In this document: positions 24,740 to 39,513 of the stretch, piece after piece
Position numbering within the stretch: position 1 is the stretch's first letter
Layout: each line of letters begins with the position of its first letter
Source: Epiperipatus broadwayi
Lineage: Eukaryota > Animalia > Onychophora
Length of the DNA stretch: 64,000 nucleotides
Direction of reading: 5' to 3'
Assembly: GCA_028023455.1 (NCBI GenBank)
Contig: JAQFVV010000008.1
Coordinates: 14,322,001 to 14,386,000, forward strand
Notes under the pieces: model-generated
Databases searched by the model: none
What the model saw: only the letters and a program-made list of their open reading frames with translations
Told to the model about the DNA's origin: nothing
Program-made: the position numbers and the translations under genes

Positions 24740-26900
24740 AGTCGCTAAGTTTAAGTCGCTTTCTTCGACCTCTAGCTTTTTCTATTCCTGATTTTATCTG
24801 TTCATCTCATATGTATCTTTCTAGGTCTTTTACAATCTTTTGGGATGCAATTTCAAACTTCAACTGTTCATCTGGTATCATTCCTTCTAGCAATATGTCA
24901 GTGATACCTGTTTCTTCTCTCACCCATGTATTTCATTTTCAGTCTCTGAATTGTGATCCTTACATAATAACTGGTAAAATATCTCTATTAAAAATCTTTT
25001 AAGTATATATGCCTATTTTTTTTAATATTAAATTATTTTTACCAAAAACACTTCATCCGAGTTTAATTCTATGACTAATTTCATCCATTATGTTTCCATC
25101 TTTATTAATAATCTGACCAAAGTATTTGCAGTTGTTAACTTCTAATTTATGATCACCAGTTTTTATTTTTTTCTGCTGAGAAAATCCATTGAACATTACT
25201 TTAGTCTTTTTAACATTTATCTATATTCCTATTTTCTTACTTTTATCTGATAATTCTAGTGACATTTTCTGAAACTCTGAAACATTATTTGCAAAAATAA
25301 ATGTCATCTGTAAAATCTAAATGGCTGAAATAATTTACTTTTACTTCTTTAACTTGCCATTTTGATTCAAAAAATACTCTTTGTAAAATTGCTGTAAAAA
25401 GTTTTTGAGATATGGAATCATCTTGTCATACAGCCATCTTGATGTTAATTAGTATCATATAATATAATCATTTGCTGCTACATTTTGATAAATATTCTTC
25501 AGAATATGACAATATCCTGGGTCTATATTTTTATGATCCAATGCTTTAATCAGTGTAGAAATGCTTATAGAATCAAATGCCTCTTTATAATCTATAATTC
25601 TAAAGCATAATGACAACTTATATTCATTGGTTCTTTCTGTAATTTGTCTCATTATTTGGAAATAATTCATTATTGCTGAAAACACTTAAATTCAGCCTTT
25701 TCTTTAAATTGATTAAAATCTAAAGTTCTATTTAAATGATATTGTAATTATATTGGTAAAGATTTTTATATAGAATTTATAAAAGACTGATAGATCTGTA
25801 ATTTCTAATATCTTCTTTATCACTATTCTTAAATATCAATATTACTCTTATATCTGATACATCTTTATCATTTAGATATTTGGTATATAACTCTGACAAC
25901 AATTTTTTATTTCCTCATCTGTTTCTTTTAAGGTAACGATTATTATTCCTTCATTTCCTGAAACTTTTTTCTTTAGTGATTTAATGTCATGTCTCACATT
26001 TTCATAGAAAATGCTAGGCAGTTGAGAATACTTTATTTTCTTAATCTTTATTACCATGTAATTATTTATAAAAAATTTTCACATATTTCAAGATGGTGTC
26101 TTTTTTTTTTTAGTAATTGTTCTATCTTTTCTTATTACAGAAATCATTTTCCTACCATACCAAAATGTATTTTACACTTTCAAGACTTATATTCTTTTCT
26201 TGCCAATTCACAATTATATTTTCTTATATCATTTTTAATGTTTTTTTACAATTCTTCTTAATGAATTATTTTTAAATATTTTCATATTCCTTCTTTTTAA
26301 TATACATTGTCTTGTCTCGTTAAAAATTTACTGGTAAATTGTTACTATTTTTTTTTTCCTATCAGCTATATTGCAATTTTTAATAGTGTATCATTTATTT
26401 TTTTATTAATTTCATTCAAGTCTGAACCATCTTTGAAATATATTCACATTTTAAAATGGTTTGCAAGTTCTAATTTAAAATCATTGAAGTATTTCTGAAG
26501 GTTAGAAATATCAATTGTTAATATTGTTTTTTTTAATAATTTTTGTCTTTCTAGTTTTGTATTATCACATAATTTATATGTCATTAATCAACAATCATTT
26601 TCTTTGTTGAATCTATTAAGAACATTGAAATCTTGAAATATATATTTTTTTCTCAATTAAAATGTAATCTAATTAAACTATACCTTCATTTGGTTGCTTC
26701 CATGTCCATTTCCATTTATCATTTTTCTCAAAAAAATACAAAAAAACTCAGAATATAGTTTTTTTTTCCTATAAATTCCACAAGACTGTATTCTCTCATT
26801 TCTATCACCATAACCAAATTTATCCAAAGCACTTTCATTTTTCAGTTGTCTATCAATTCTAGCATTAGTTTCTCATGACAATTTTAAAATGTTATTTGGT
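24740..26900 (-). mobile_element. Decayed RTE-clade LINE (boundaries approximate)
   Basis: IIDYKEAFDSI (ORF 25455-25685), QDDSISQKLFTAIL (~GDPISPKLFT), FTDDI, NTWVREETGI. Confidence 0.85.
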
Positions 26901-27410
26901 CTGATCAAAAGCATTTTATACATCAATATAAAAATCCTATTTGCTAATCCGAATGAGAACTTGTTGCGGCATAGACCTGAGTTGTCTGCATTTAATATTT
27001 TCATTTAAGTTGAATAACTAATTTTGCCACTCTGATATACTAATGTTGCTTCCACTTTTTATCTTTTAAAATAAGCATAGTTAAAAAAAATTTTCCTCAA
27101 AGAAAATTAGCTATAAAAATAAAATGCATCTTTGCATTCAAAAAGTTAAAATTGAGGTTTAAATCCAAAAGGAATTTTGTTTTTGTATTTAAGTGTTAAG
27201 AATCTTTTAAAGCCAAAAAATTGAAATTGATAAAATCATAATTTTTTTTTTTTAGCAATAATGTAGATTGATTTTCTATCCTAAAAAATATTTTTTTTTT
27301 TTATGAAATTACTTTTTAAACAATTTATAGTTATAGATAAATACTAAGTGAATAGTAAGTTAAAGAATTATTCAGTTTAAAAAAAAAGTTGAACTTTGAA
27401 TTTCTTTCAC

Positions 27411-27444
27411 TAACACTATGGCAATTCTAATGCTGCAGACATCT
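27411..27444 (-). CDS. Candidate antisense micro-exon (34 nt, or 30 nt if the donor gttagt at 27414 is used)
   Basis: tttatttag|A GAT GTC TGC AGC ATT AGA ATT GCC ATA GTG TTA|gtgaaa encodes DVCSIRIAIVL; phase 2 matches exon 28321-28417. Confidence 0.3.
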
Positions 27445-28320
27445 CTAAATAAATTCAAATTGTTAGTATCATAATGATAATTTTCTGATTACATTTTTAT
27501 TGTAAATCATGCTATAAAGTATTTCAAATATTTTAGCAGAAAAAATTATGTGATTCATGAAAGCAGTATGATAATCTCAGTTGCTCTATGTATAGTTCAG
27601 ATGCAGTGGTAGAGTACTGGATTAGAGCTCAAGGTCCATGAATCATGGCTTCAACTGGCACTTCTTATGTTTAAATTTTTTATGAACTTTTTGAATAATA
27701 AACTATTCTATTATTTTTATAATCTCATTTCTCTTATCTACCATTGGAATGAATTAAAATGAGAATTATCAGAGAAAATCTTAAACTGTTTAACTTGAGT
27801 AAATTTAGGGCCTAAGCTTTAATTAAAATCAAATTAATCTGCAAATAATATGCCATTATGGTTCCAGTATGTTGAACTGATAATCTGGTTATAAAGTTAA
27901 TCTATTGGTTCTCCAAGTTTCAAAAATAGAGAGAATTAACTTTATTGTTTACTTAAAATTTGTCATTTTGCCAAGAATAATTTTTATATTTATTGGAAGA
28001 AGTCAATTTTCATGATTTTACAAATTATTAACTGGTTGATTCGCCAGGTGCCATATTGGATTTAAAAAAAAAAACTGACCTGAAACACAATTTTCACAAT
28101 AACTTCAGTTTTAATTTTGTTAGAGCAAAAAAATTTACATTAATAGAAACTAGAAAAACTAAGGAAAACAATAAGTCTAAGACAAATAGTGATAATCATT
28201 TAAAAAATAAAGAAAAAAAGAAATTTCAACATCCGACATAATTATTACTTTATTGTTTGTTCATAATTTCGTTGTATTCCTCACAAAATTATTTTTCAAA
28301 CCATATATGATACTTCTTAC

Positions 28321-28417
28321 CTGAGATAATCTATAGCTTCAGAATCTCCAAAAGTATTCGCATAAGAATTCTTCATTTTTATCTTGTACCCCAAAAGTTG
28401 ACAAATCTCAAAGGCAT
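28321..28417 (-). CDS. Candidate exon of a nested antisense gene (97 nt)
   Basis: Strong sites ctttttcttatag|AT GCC...CTC AG|gtaaga; only one frame is open: AFEICQLLGYKIKMKNSYANTFGDSEAIDYL; phase 1 to 2. Confidence 0.45.
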
Positions 28418-29329
28418 CTATAAGAAAAAGATTTATCCTAATAAAAGATACAAAACAAATCATTTCCAGAAGGTGGATATGCATTTGTCATCATAGCAAT
28501 TAGCTTCTTGTCTACCTAAAACTAGAAATTGTCTGTATCACTCATAAAATGAGTTTCATCTCTTCATTTTATGTTTTTTATGTACATCAGTAATGTTTAT
28601 ATTCTTTATGCACACCAGTGATGCTATCTTGTTATATTTATTGTCCCACAGAGATATAATTTATTTGCATATAGCTCATTTGCTAGCTATAGACTTTAAA
28701 ATAATGTGATGCAAGATGTGGCAAAACTACTGACTCCACAGCATGAGTATCAAGGCATAGGCAAAAATCAGAATTTGATTCTTTGCCTGCATAGAATTTC
28801 ATGTGGTATATGCATAACCATTGTGGCTATCATTATACATATACCATTTGAAATCTCTCTTTATTGGTTTTAAGTGATTATATTTTCACATAGTACTATG
28901 CCCAGTAAATTTTGTGATTGTTTTATCAACTGCAACCTTTCTGTTCATTAGATTATCAGTTTTTAAAATTTGCATTGCACTGCTCTATATATGTAAATCA
29001 TTATTTATTATATAAACACGATGCAAGAACAAACACAAACACACTAATACAAATATAAACATATACCTTTTGAGAATCATTATGTCTATATCCAAAATTA
29101 CACTACAAAAACAACTTTTGTTATATTTGAATTTATATACTGTATATTTACAAGTAAGCTCTAGGTATGTGAAGAGTGCCTGTATTTCAAATATTTGTAT
29201 AATAAAGAACATAAATAATTTAATATTATATAATTTATATAGTACACACACACACACCAATACAAATGTAAACAAATTAATATACCATTTATCCAATAAT
29301 TTTAAAAAATTTAAAATATTAAAAATTAA

Positions 29330-29720
29330 GTTAATAACTTACGATATTCCGCGATTTCGTTTATGTCACATTGAAGGCTTTCATATCAGAATTATCAGTG
29401 TATTTTTAATCCATTATATTAGGGTTATAAGGCCGATAAAAATTTTCTGTCTTTATCACCTCGTGTAAACTAGTAAATTGACCAGAAAATAAAAAAAATA
29501 AATTCATCTAATTTTAAAAATAATTGTAACAAATTCAAATTTTATCCAATATCAATATAAAATATATCATTCGAAAGGTAATAGAAAGGAGCATCGAATG
29601 CTGGGACTTCTGTTGACGTTATGCTTATAATTTTTGCGTAATTTAAAAAAAAAAAATTTCAACCAATCAGCTGTAGCGAACGGTTGACCTGCTCCAATGA
29701 CTCAAGCAGTATTGGAAAAT
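29330..29720. promoter_or_regulatory. Local CpG-retaining segment with promoter-like motifs
   Basis: Cluster of CG dinucleotides in otherwise CpG-poor intron; CCAAT directly followed by E-box CAGCTG (ccaatcagctg), TGACTCA (AP-1-like) and TGACGT. Confidence 0.3.
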
Positions 29721-32050
29721 TTATTTTTCTCAATTCATAATTAACATACACAATTTTCTTAATAGAAATAGTCTTTTAGTAGTCATGATTAATAAATATT
29801 TTATCATGAAGACTTAGTAATTGTTATTGTATTAAAATTCTGTTATAATTTTTTTTTTTTAACAACTTACACCCTATGAGGATATTTCACAATTTCTGCT
29901 TTACATTCATATTGACTTAATATTATGTGAAAATTCTGTTAATTTAATTGCCTAGATTTATTTTTATTTTAAATATGTCTTTGTGAAATTTCATCTTTTT
30001 ACATATTTAAAGAAACTGATGATTTTAATCATATTTACATTGAATAATATTTAAATAAATGTTTTCCAAGATTAAAAAAAACAAAAACATTCATTTAGCA
30101 ATATTTAAAATACTGCTTATATTAAATTAAAATATATTATTTCACAATAGCAAGTTATACTATATATAATATATCTAAAATATTAAGATGTTTCTAATGT
30201 AAGTGATAATGGGTGGGCAAATGACACCTTTCTGCATTCCACACAAGAAGTATGTATCTGCAAATGAGTCTAATTGTCTCCATATCGAAAATAGACTTCA
30301 TCTAATGATGAATTCAGATGAAATTAGACAATAAATCCATAAATGTTAACATTTGAATTACTGCAATGATTAACTGTCCCAGATTTCTTAGATGAGAATT
30401 CTAGCTAAAATGTGATTTCATGATATTGGCAGTTGTGGAATATTTCCAAGTTTTAGATATAGTTTTTTAAAATATCCTATTTTTAATTGGGCATTGAAGA
30501 TATATCAAATTTAAAGAGTAAACATGTATATTCTTCTACAAAACAATAGAGTCATCAACTAGATAGATAATTATTTCTATAAAATAATATTTATAAATAG
30601 TGTCATTCCCTCCTTGCAATCTTTCTATTTCTTTTATATTCATTGGTATTCTCAATTCCCATAATAACTTTATGGGTATGAAATAAACATAACATATTCT
30701 CCCCTTGAGAAAGACTTTGTTTCGTTTATAGTTTATGAATAACATATGTGAAACAAAACAAGAAGAAACATTCCATTCTGGAAAATGAGTTACAGAAATG
30801 ATTTTGATTTATGTCTTGTTTCGATAAAGCATGAGTCATCATTGTCTGCTAATCCAATAAAAAATTTTTCCACATAATTCTATCTAAAGTTCTTAGTAGT
30901 AGATATTGATCCTTATTTTCTTTTATTTATCAGACAGTATGTCTTTTTGCTTTTAATATTGCATTTTATTGTTCAAAATATCTGCTTTTCATATTTAATT
31001 TTTGTAATATATATGACTGAGAATTTCAAAGAAGCGATAAAAGTTTTTTCTTTGTATTAAAAAAAAAAGAGGAAACAGTTCTTCAAAGAAGATTGCTAGT
31101 CAGTTAAAACATCAGACTATTAATTTATAAAATTTTATACATTGGAAAAATTAAATGTGAAAAACAATTATTGAGCTTTATTTATTATGTATATTTATAT
31201 TAAATATTTTTATGGATTATATTATGACGTAAACAAAGTAAAGGGTGGGATTATTTTCATATAATAACTAGAGATATGTTTAGCAAGTAATGTTAGAAAA
31301 CTATTGTTTTTACCAAATCTAAGACTAAACTACTTTGCTCTAGTACCCAATAATAACTTTTTTGTTTTGAGTTTAATTAGAAACCAAAGGAGATATATAT
31401 ATGATATATATTATTTTCATTGAGATTTTTTTTCTATATATACAAGAAAATAAATTTAATAATTAGGTATTATTACAATTAAATTTAAGGGTATCACTGA
31501 ATCTAGATTTGTCTTCTTTACTTTTTAATAAATGATTCAATATTATATATCATTTTAATGTACTCATATAAAAAAAATTAATAAATACATCATATTTTTA
31601 GTACAAATCAAAAAAAAAAAAAAAACTAATTGTAAAAATATTTTGTAAAAAAAGTATTTCCAGTTGTTGAATATTTTGTGAACTTTTATTTCTGATATGA
31701 CCAAAGAGATCTCAACAATTTGTTGGATGTTTCTGAAGTATATGTCATATTGATATCTATATAATACCATTTTCACCTTCATTAAATGTTTTACTAACAG
31801 TCTATAAAATAAAATGTATTCCTTTATATTTGCTTATGGTTTCAACTACCTAGCAGTCACCAGAGCTATAGTATTCAAATATATATGCCCATACAATTAG
31901 TATCATATTCCATAATTTATGATTTGGTATACTACCACTCTGAGAAAACATATAATATGATACATTTATGAAGTGGAATTTTTTTGAAAAAAATTTAAAG
32001 TAATAATTACTGTAAAAGAGAGAGAAATGCAAGTGTGCTACTGCACTTTT

Positions 32051-32072
32051 TGTGTGTGTGTGTGTGTGTGTG
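32051..32072. repeat. (TG)11 microsatellite
   Basis: Direct reading. Confidence 0.95.
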
Positions 32073-33120
32073 TTTCGGCTGCATTGAAGTGAAAAACAAA
32101 AACATTATAAAATAATATTTTTGTAAATTTAAATAGAATTTTAAAAATAAACAAAAATTATAGACTTTTCTAATTAGAAATGCAAAAATTGATTTAAAAC
32201 TTCAAATATATAGAAATCAAGTAAACTATTTTAACAAAATATATTTGTTTTTGTAAAATGAATAAATAAATTATAGATATTGTATGTCGACACTCTCTAC
32301 AAGAATGTCATTTCATATTACTTTTAGAGTATTATTATCACTTTTATATTATCTTGCATAAAAGTAATCAAATAATATATATATATATTGTAAGGAGATT
32401 CTTTCAGTAGAATGAGAAAATTTAAAAAAATTAAGCAATTTATGTCAGTCTACCTATATTAATATTCATAAGAGATATATAGATTTATAATTATATATAA
32501 TTTAAAATAAATATAGTTTATTGTATTTATTAACAGAATGTCACATGATATTTTCTGTTTATATTCAACATATTCTTTTTAGAGCAGTTTTTTTCAATCT
32601 ACTTGAAGCGCCATTTATTTTTAGCCTGAATAATTAATGAATACCTTTGAAAGCATATATATATGTACAAATATATTACTTTAGTATGAAAATCGTGTAT
32701 CATTTGAAGTTTTTGATTGGATACAACTATTTGCACATGCATAGTATTATTAGTATACATCATGTCTAAAGTGTTGAATTCAGTAAAAATGTTTGTGTAA
32801 ATGTGCTACAAGATTTGAAATATATTAAATATCATAAATTATCAGCATTAAGTAGAAATAGTAAATAATATCAAAACATTTATTTTATTATTATTTGTAT
32901 TATATAACTGACAGAAAGGAATCATATTTATTTTTGTTGTCTTAAGAAATTTTATTTGGCATTATGTGTAGAAATAAATATTTAATTTTCATTAATCAAT
33001 TTTGAGCAAACCATATGTGGTTAAACAATATATTTGTCTATTGTAGCTGACCATTAATCTGTTATTTATAATTTAAGAGTTGATTTAATGTATTTATATA
33101 TGTGTATATGAATTTTACAG

Positions 33121-33214
33121 GTTTTTGAAGGCACATCAGGCATTGATGCAAAACATACTGTTTGTGAATTTACAGGAGATATTTTACGAACTCCTGTATC
33201 TGAGGACATGTTAG
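33121..33214 (+). CDS. ATP6V1B: V-ATPase subunit B exon (94 nt)
   Basis: tttacag|GTT TTT GAA...ATG TTA G|gtaaga encodes [31 protein letters not shown](G). Confidence 0.98.
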
Positions 33215-35960
33215 GTAAGAAAAAATATTGTCAGATTTTACTTCTTTTTTATTCATCTTAGTTTTTTATACCGATTTGTTTATTGAAAAAAAAAGATTGT
33301 CAGTTTAGAATTTGTAAATATTTGGTTATCAATTTAATTTTTAGACATGAACAAATAAAAAAAAATCATAAATTATTATCAGAAAAATTACACTCTTTTT
33401 TTTTTTTGAAATTATATATTCATAATTGTCATCTGCTGGCATCAAATAATAAAATAAAAAAAGATATGTAGGGGCATATTTTTTTCATATTTAGAATAGT
33501 TTTGGTTTTTCTTCAGTATATATCAATGGATATCTGAAGATAAATATTATATTACAAATTTTTCTCTTTTAATAAAACAGTTTTATCAAGGTGAAATTAC
33601 TGTGATTGAGATTTGTCTCTGCAAACTTTTGTTCATATGTGTAAGTGCATATAAGCAATAATATTTTAGTTAATTATGTTTAGCACATATCAGTTTTTAG
33701 GTAATACTAATATCGCTAAAAAATTTCAATTAAGATTTCCTTAATTATAAATTAGAGCAATCTATAAATAACTTATGAAATAGGTCATAAGATATTACAA
33801 TTAAGAAAGAAAATAATTGTTTCAGCATACATTTAAAGAAATGCTAAAAGTCAAAATAATTTTATCAGTATTCCTTGTCTAATTACACATTTCATTAACT
33901 TAAAAAATTGTAGAATTATATCAAACATTCATCATTCTGATTATCATGTAAAAAAAAATTTCCAAGTCATTGGGTTAAAATTTGCACAACTAGTACAATT
34001 ACTATGAAGGACAAGAAAAAAAAAAGTGGAAAGTCAATTTTATTCCAATATTACAAAAACTGCAGAAATAATATTAACTTGGAAGTCTAATGATATTCTT
34101 GAAAACTACAAAATGTTTGTTAAGAAAATTTTTCTGCTTTATATTTATTATTAATCAGTAATATTAAAGTCCTTATTTATAACAAACAGGTATTTTAAGA
34201 TGACAAATAATGAAGTTATAAAAAAAAATTTCAAGTTTCTTTTGATTGTGAATATTTATGTTGTTTCATAGTCATTTATTTATTAGTGCAGAGTACTGTT
34301 CAAGTATTGGTCAATGGTTATGTTTGATTCTTATATGACTCGAAGATGTCTGCTTGTTTTTTCAATGGTATTATCTAAAAAAAATAAAGAAAAGGAAATG
34401 GTTGATCAATTAGTATATATTTTTGTTTTAACTCTTTTTTAAAGAGCACATTAAACTGCAATGTCAGGTTTTGTGTATTAATTTTTTTAAAACTTATGTC
34501 TAATTTCTTATTTTGTTTTTGATCAATTATTGCTAATTGTTTAGGATAGCATTTAAATATTGTTATTCTGGTTGCTAATATGATATTTAATAGATATACA
34601 TTTGAGGTAATAAAGATTAAAAACACAATCTCCTCCCTCCCTCCATGTGATTTTTTTTTTTTAAACTAAATATTGGGGAAAAATTGTTTTTGTTATTTTA
34701 TATAATCAGACAAGGAATCCTCATGAAATTTTGTTATAATTTTTTTAAAATTTATTATTTAACTATTAAAATGTTTATGAAACACATAATACTTACTAAT
34801 GTTATATTAACATTGTTGTTAATGTATTTCTACTAATCTATCATATTTGAATATTATCATTAGATATGAAAAAAAAAAAAAAACACACCACGGGTTCATT
34901 ATTAATGTTAAGTCAACTAAATTATTGAATGGTATCTTAGATGTTAATAAATCATTTAACAAATCTATATATTGTAAATATTGACCCTGAGTTAAGTTTT
35001 TTTTTTTTTTTTAGTCATAACAGACATCTTAGTTTGTTAGTCTTCCACATTGATTTTTTTATTTGTGGAAATTCCATTGCTTTTGAAATATTCAACTTGC
35101 TTATTCTTGATATGAAGTATGCAAGAAAATTTATTTAATGTCATTATACAAACAAACTATTGTGTTACCTGTTGCTAATTTTAATTAGAATGTTTTGGGT
35201 GTTCCTAATACCATTTAGTACAATAATATATTTTGGTTTCGGTATGATTTTATTATTATTATTATTATTTTTTTTGCATTTTGTTCATATGTGTATTTTT
35301 GGCCCTAAAGCTTTATAATAAGGGTTGTTGTGCACTTTGTCCAATGTCGCTGCTCGATGGCATTGTTGCTTGCAAAAATAATGAAATGTAATGTTACTGG
35401 CCGATAATTTTTTGCTTTATGTTCTCTGACAATTTTTAAAAATATTTTTAAAAAATTTACGAACCAACATTATTTTATAAATTACATTTTTTATTAAAAA
35501 TTAGTTCACATCAAATGTGAAAATTTGAGAAGTAGAAATTTTATCATAATTTTATGGAAAATTATTATAGAAAGAAATAATTTTAGATAAACATCACTTA
35601 TAACTTTAATGTTCATTAGCTTTCATACTGTGTTGACACTTGCACTTTAAAGAATAGGAAAACATTTTTGTGTGAGCTTTAGATCTATTATTATTACTTT
35701 TTTATATATAGTAAATGAAAATCAATAAAAATTACATGTTTGTTAAAAAATATTGTAATCTTAGTAATTTATTTATTATGGCTAATAAACTAAATTAAAT
35801 TGTTACCAATGATGATATCATTAATTATAGTAGAAAAATAACTTTAAATGTAACAGCTCTAACAAAGATATCACTGTAGAAATTTTATTATTTTTTTACA
35901 TTTAACATTACTATTATCGAATTGTAATTTGTAGTAATTTTTCTTGTTTTAAAAATATAG

Positions 35961-36038
35961 GAAGAGTTTTCAATGGATCAGGTAAACCAATTGATAAGGG
36001 ACCTCCTGTTCTAGCAGAAGACTTCTTAGATATCCAAG
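35961..36038 (+). CDS. ATP6V1B: V-ATPase subunit B exon (78 nt)
   Basis: atatag|GA AGA GTT...ATC CAA G|gtaata encodes (G)[25 protein letters not shown](G). Confidence 0.98.
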
Positions 36039-36323
36039 GTAATATTTTGTATTTTATTATTAATCTTTTTTATCATTAAGTAGATATTTAATGTATAATA
36101 TGTAACATCCAAATAGCTATTTCATGAAAAATAAAGGAGTTTAGGAATAACTTTTATATTACATAGTAGTAAGATATCCAAGTAATATTTTTTATTTTAT
36201 TATTAATCTTTTTTATTTTATCACAAAGTAGATATTTAATGTATGATATGTATTATTCAGATAGCTATTTTATGAAAAATAAAGAAATTTAGGCATAACT
36301 TTCATATTATATAATAGTAAGAT
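36028..36323. repeat. Two-copy ~144-bp tandem duplication that includes the exon 3' end and donor site
   Basis: agatatccaaggtaatatttt at 36028 versus agatatccaagtaatatttt at 36172; similarity continues to atagtaagat at ~36323. Confidence 0.88.
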
Positions 36324-36504
36324 TTGTTTAATCAGAAGTTAATAAATATCATAGTGTCTCTGGGATTTTACTTAGCATTTTCACTTTAATAAAAAATATT
36401 TATGTTAAGTCAGATTCTTCAGTTTTTATGGACATTATTACCATATTTTTTTAATCATTTCTAGACAAGAAGAAATTTATAGAATAAAAAAATCATATAA
36501 TGCT

Positions 36505-36551
36505 TTATTATTATTATTATTATCATCATCATCATCATCAACAACAACAAC
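36505..36551. repeat. Compound trinucleotide microsatellite (TTA)n(TCA)n(ACA)n
   Basis: ttattattattattattatcatcatcatcatcatcaacaacaacaac. Confidence 0.92.
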
Positions 36552-37759
36552 TATTGGGGCAGAAATAACAAATAAAGAATTTGAATATTATTAAATTTTC
36601 TCAAGTTTTCATTATTACTGCTATCTTCTTATTTAGTATTAAATTTGCTTTCTATTTTATTATTGTTTTTTCATATTTAACATATTAATTTTGTATACTG
36701 ATAATTCAATTTATTCATACTAATGTATTTTTCAGATATATATATATAAAGCTTAATTACAGAACATTATCAACAACAAAAAAGTAAAACAATAATAATA
36801 ATTTATCTAAAAGTATGCATAGATTTAAATGCATATATATATATATATATATAATTCGTACATTGTTTTACACTTTGTTTTATATTTAGTTAAAAGGCTT
36901 TTTAATGTCATTTTTTTATAAATAGTTTTAAGTATTAAGAAAAAATTTTAACAATTCTAAAATTCACAATGTACAATGGTATTTTATAATAGATTTAAAG
37001 AAATATGAGGAGACTTGTATATTGCTCCAATTTTTGCACTATAATAACTTATTTATTTGTATTGGTCTATATTGCTGTACTGTGAGATTGATTTTCAGAG
37101 TTCAAATAACACTACCACAGTTTAGGATGGGTAAAACTAATGTCATAAAAAGTTAATTATACGTTTCTTTATTAAAAAATTAAAAGTGTAATGCATTACT
37201 TGAAATGCTTTAGAATATAAATATTATAGAGTTAATTTAATATTTTTCTTAGACTAATTTGAGATATTCTAAAAATTAGAAGGATCCTTTTAATATTTTT
37301 AAAGCAGAATTTGATACATTTATCAGAGAGGAAAATTTATGTGTTCACATTTGAAATACAAATTTTAATTTTAAAATGTTTATTTTGTGAAATCACTCTC
37401 CCCAACGTTCAACAACAAAAATGTCTTGTTGTATTTCATTTTTTCAGTATTTGCAAAGTTCATGTATGATTTTTTTAGAATTTTTTCTTTTGTAAATGTA
37501 AATTTTTAACAAATCAAATTTATTATATTCTGATGTAGAATATCAATGAAATTCTAAAATCAAATATTGAATCAAAGTCTCACTCAATAATGAAATCAGT
37601 TGATACAGAAGAGTTGATGTACTGAGCTGTCATGAGCAGAACATTGACATTCAAGAGGAAAATGTTTAATTGTTTTAGAAGTGTGTGATTTTCATTTTAA
37701 AAACAGTTAAAAAAAAAAAATGTAATCACATTTTAATTCCTAACTTTTTTTTAATTATA

Positions 37760-37950
37760 CAGAAGGTAATCATCTCTCCCCACTAGCACTGTTAAACAGT
37801 AATGTTAAAACTGCAAGGATACTTTCGTTGTAGCCCCAAGATGTTTTTATTTTTTCAAAATCTTCATTTTGTGGCTGGGGTAAGAATATTCTTGCAGTTT
37901 TAACATCACTGTTTAACATGCTAATGATGGGGGATGATGATTACCTTCTA
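37760..37950. mobile_element. Foldback MITE, Tc1/mariner-type (TA target duplication)
   Basis: TA|cagaaggtaatcatc ... gatgattaccttcta|TA; imperfect inverted arms of ~70 bp, including tgttaaacagt and tgttaaaactgcaag. Confidence 0.8.
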
Positions 37951-38715
37951 TATAATTACAATCTAAGCACTGCGTTTGTAAGTGTATTGATTATTACTTT
38001 TTTTTTTTTAAATACATTTCTGCTAAATATCTTTTTTCAAATAATAATAATAAAAAAAGATTAACTTAAAAATTGTAAGAAAGCAAACTAAAAAAAAACA
38101 AAAGATAATTTTAAATGTTCAATATAATGTATATAATGCATTATAAAGATATATCCAATATATATTGAAATAGTTATTAAATAATATTTAGTTCAACATT
38201 TAAGTTCTGGAAGCCTATTATGCATTAAAGATACAAAAAATATTTTTAATGAGGGATAAAAATAATGTTGAATTTATAACTTGTTGCTTGATCTCTTTTA
38301 ATTCCACAAAATTCAAAAACAAAGGATTCCAGATTCTTCTCATTTAATTTGCATATATAACTTTATGGGTGTATGTCATTACATATTAATTTAATGTAAC
38401 TCAGACAAATATTATTTCTAAATCATGTTTTAGCTCTCTACTAGTTTTTATTGATTATTGTGTGGCTACATTGTAGTTCAAACTTTTATTTAAGTTATTA
38501 TACAGAAAAATTTATATTTTAATATTTACTAAATATTTATATTTTTTTAATAAGTGTATTTGTTGTCAAAATTAGATTGAAAAATTTAGGGAATAGATGA
38601 CTATTTTTGCTAGTTTGTATTGCTTACTGGGTAGTTATTTTAGTTTTCAATATAATTGCTAGATTATTATTATTCTTATTATTAGCAACATTATCAGTTT
38701 TGTAATAAATGTTAA

Positions 38716-38913
<198 letters not shown>

Positions 38914-39513
38914 TAAACAATTTTTTTCTCTATATATACTGTGAATTTTTTTCCACCATTTTTCAATGGATGAGGGATAGTAAATGATAGAACATAAAAT
39001 AAGAAACAATTTAATGATTATTTACTGAAATATAGTACATTTAAAGTATAACTTAAACATAAGTTTTAAGTAATTTAAACATTCCATACTTATTCTTTAT
39101 AAAATGTTGTTAAGTTTTCATATATAAAGCAAAGTATACATGACTTTAATACAATAATTAAATATATTTACAAAATTGGAGTTAATATTAATTATGTATA
39201 GTCATTAGATTTTTTTTAATAAATAATAATAAACTGACATTTATTTACTTATGACTAATTTTATTGTTTTAATTATCCAATGAAAATGTTAAAAATTTTA
39301 ATAGAAAATTGCAGACCTCTTTATTTAAACTGATAAGATTTTTGAAAGAAATTAGAAAACAAACAAAAATATCTCTTATTTAAAATTGTAGCAAAATATA
39401 AAAAGATGGGGGGGGGGGGATAAATATTTTCTAAAATAGCCCAAAAATAAACAATTACTATAACATTGATTATTAAAAATGAAAGAGAGATAGAAATAAG
39501 ATTTGATTGTTAG

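Noticed and set aside
28321-28417. SRCR domain (C..LG...FG) or PRPP synthetase interpretation of the antisense exon
   Set aside because: The neighbouring phase-compatible exons lack the SRCR GRVEV/WG.VC and later cysteines, and the PRPS register does not hold
28985-29468. Short ORF-track ORFs rich in I/F/L/K/N/Y (e.g. 29070-29468, 40033-40431, 54736-55173)
   Set aside because: Compositional artefacts of AT-rich intron or antisense shadows of TE remnants; no recognisable domains
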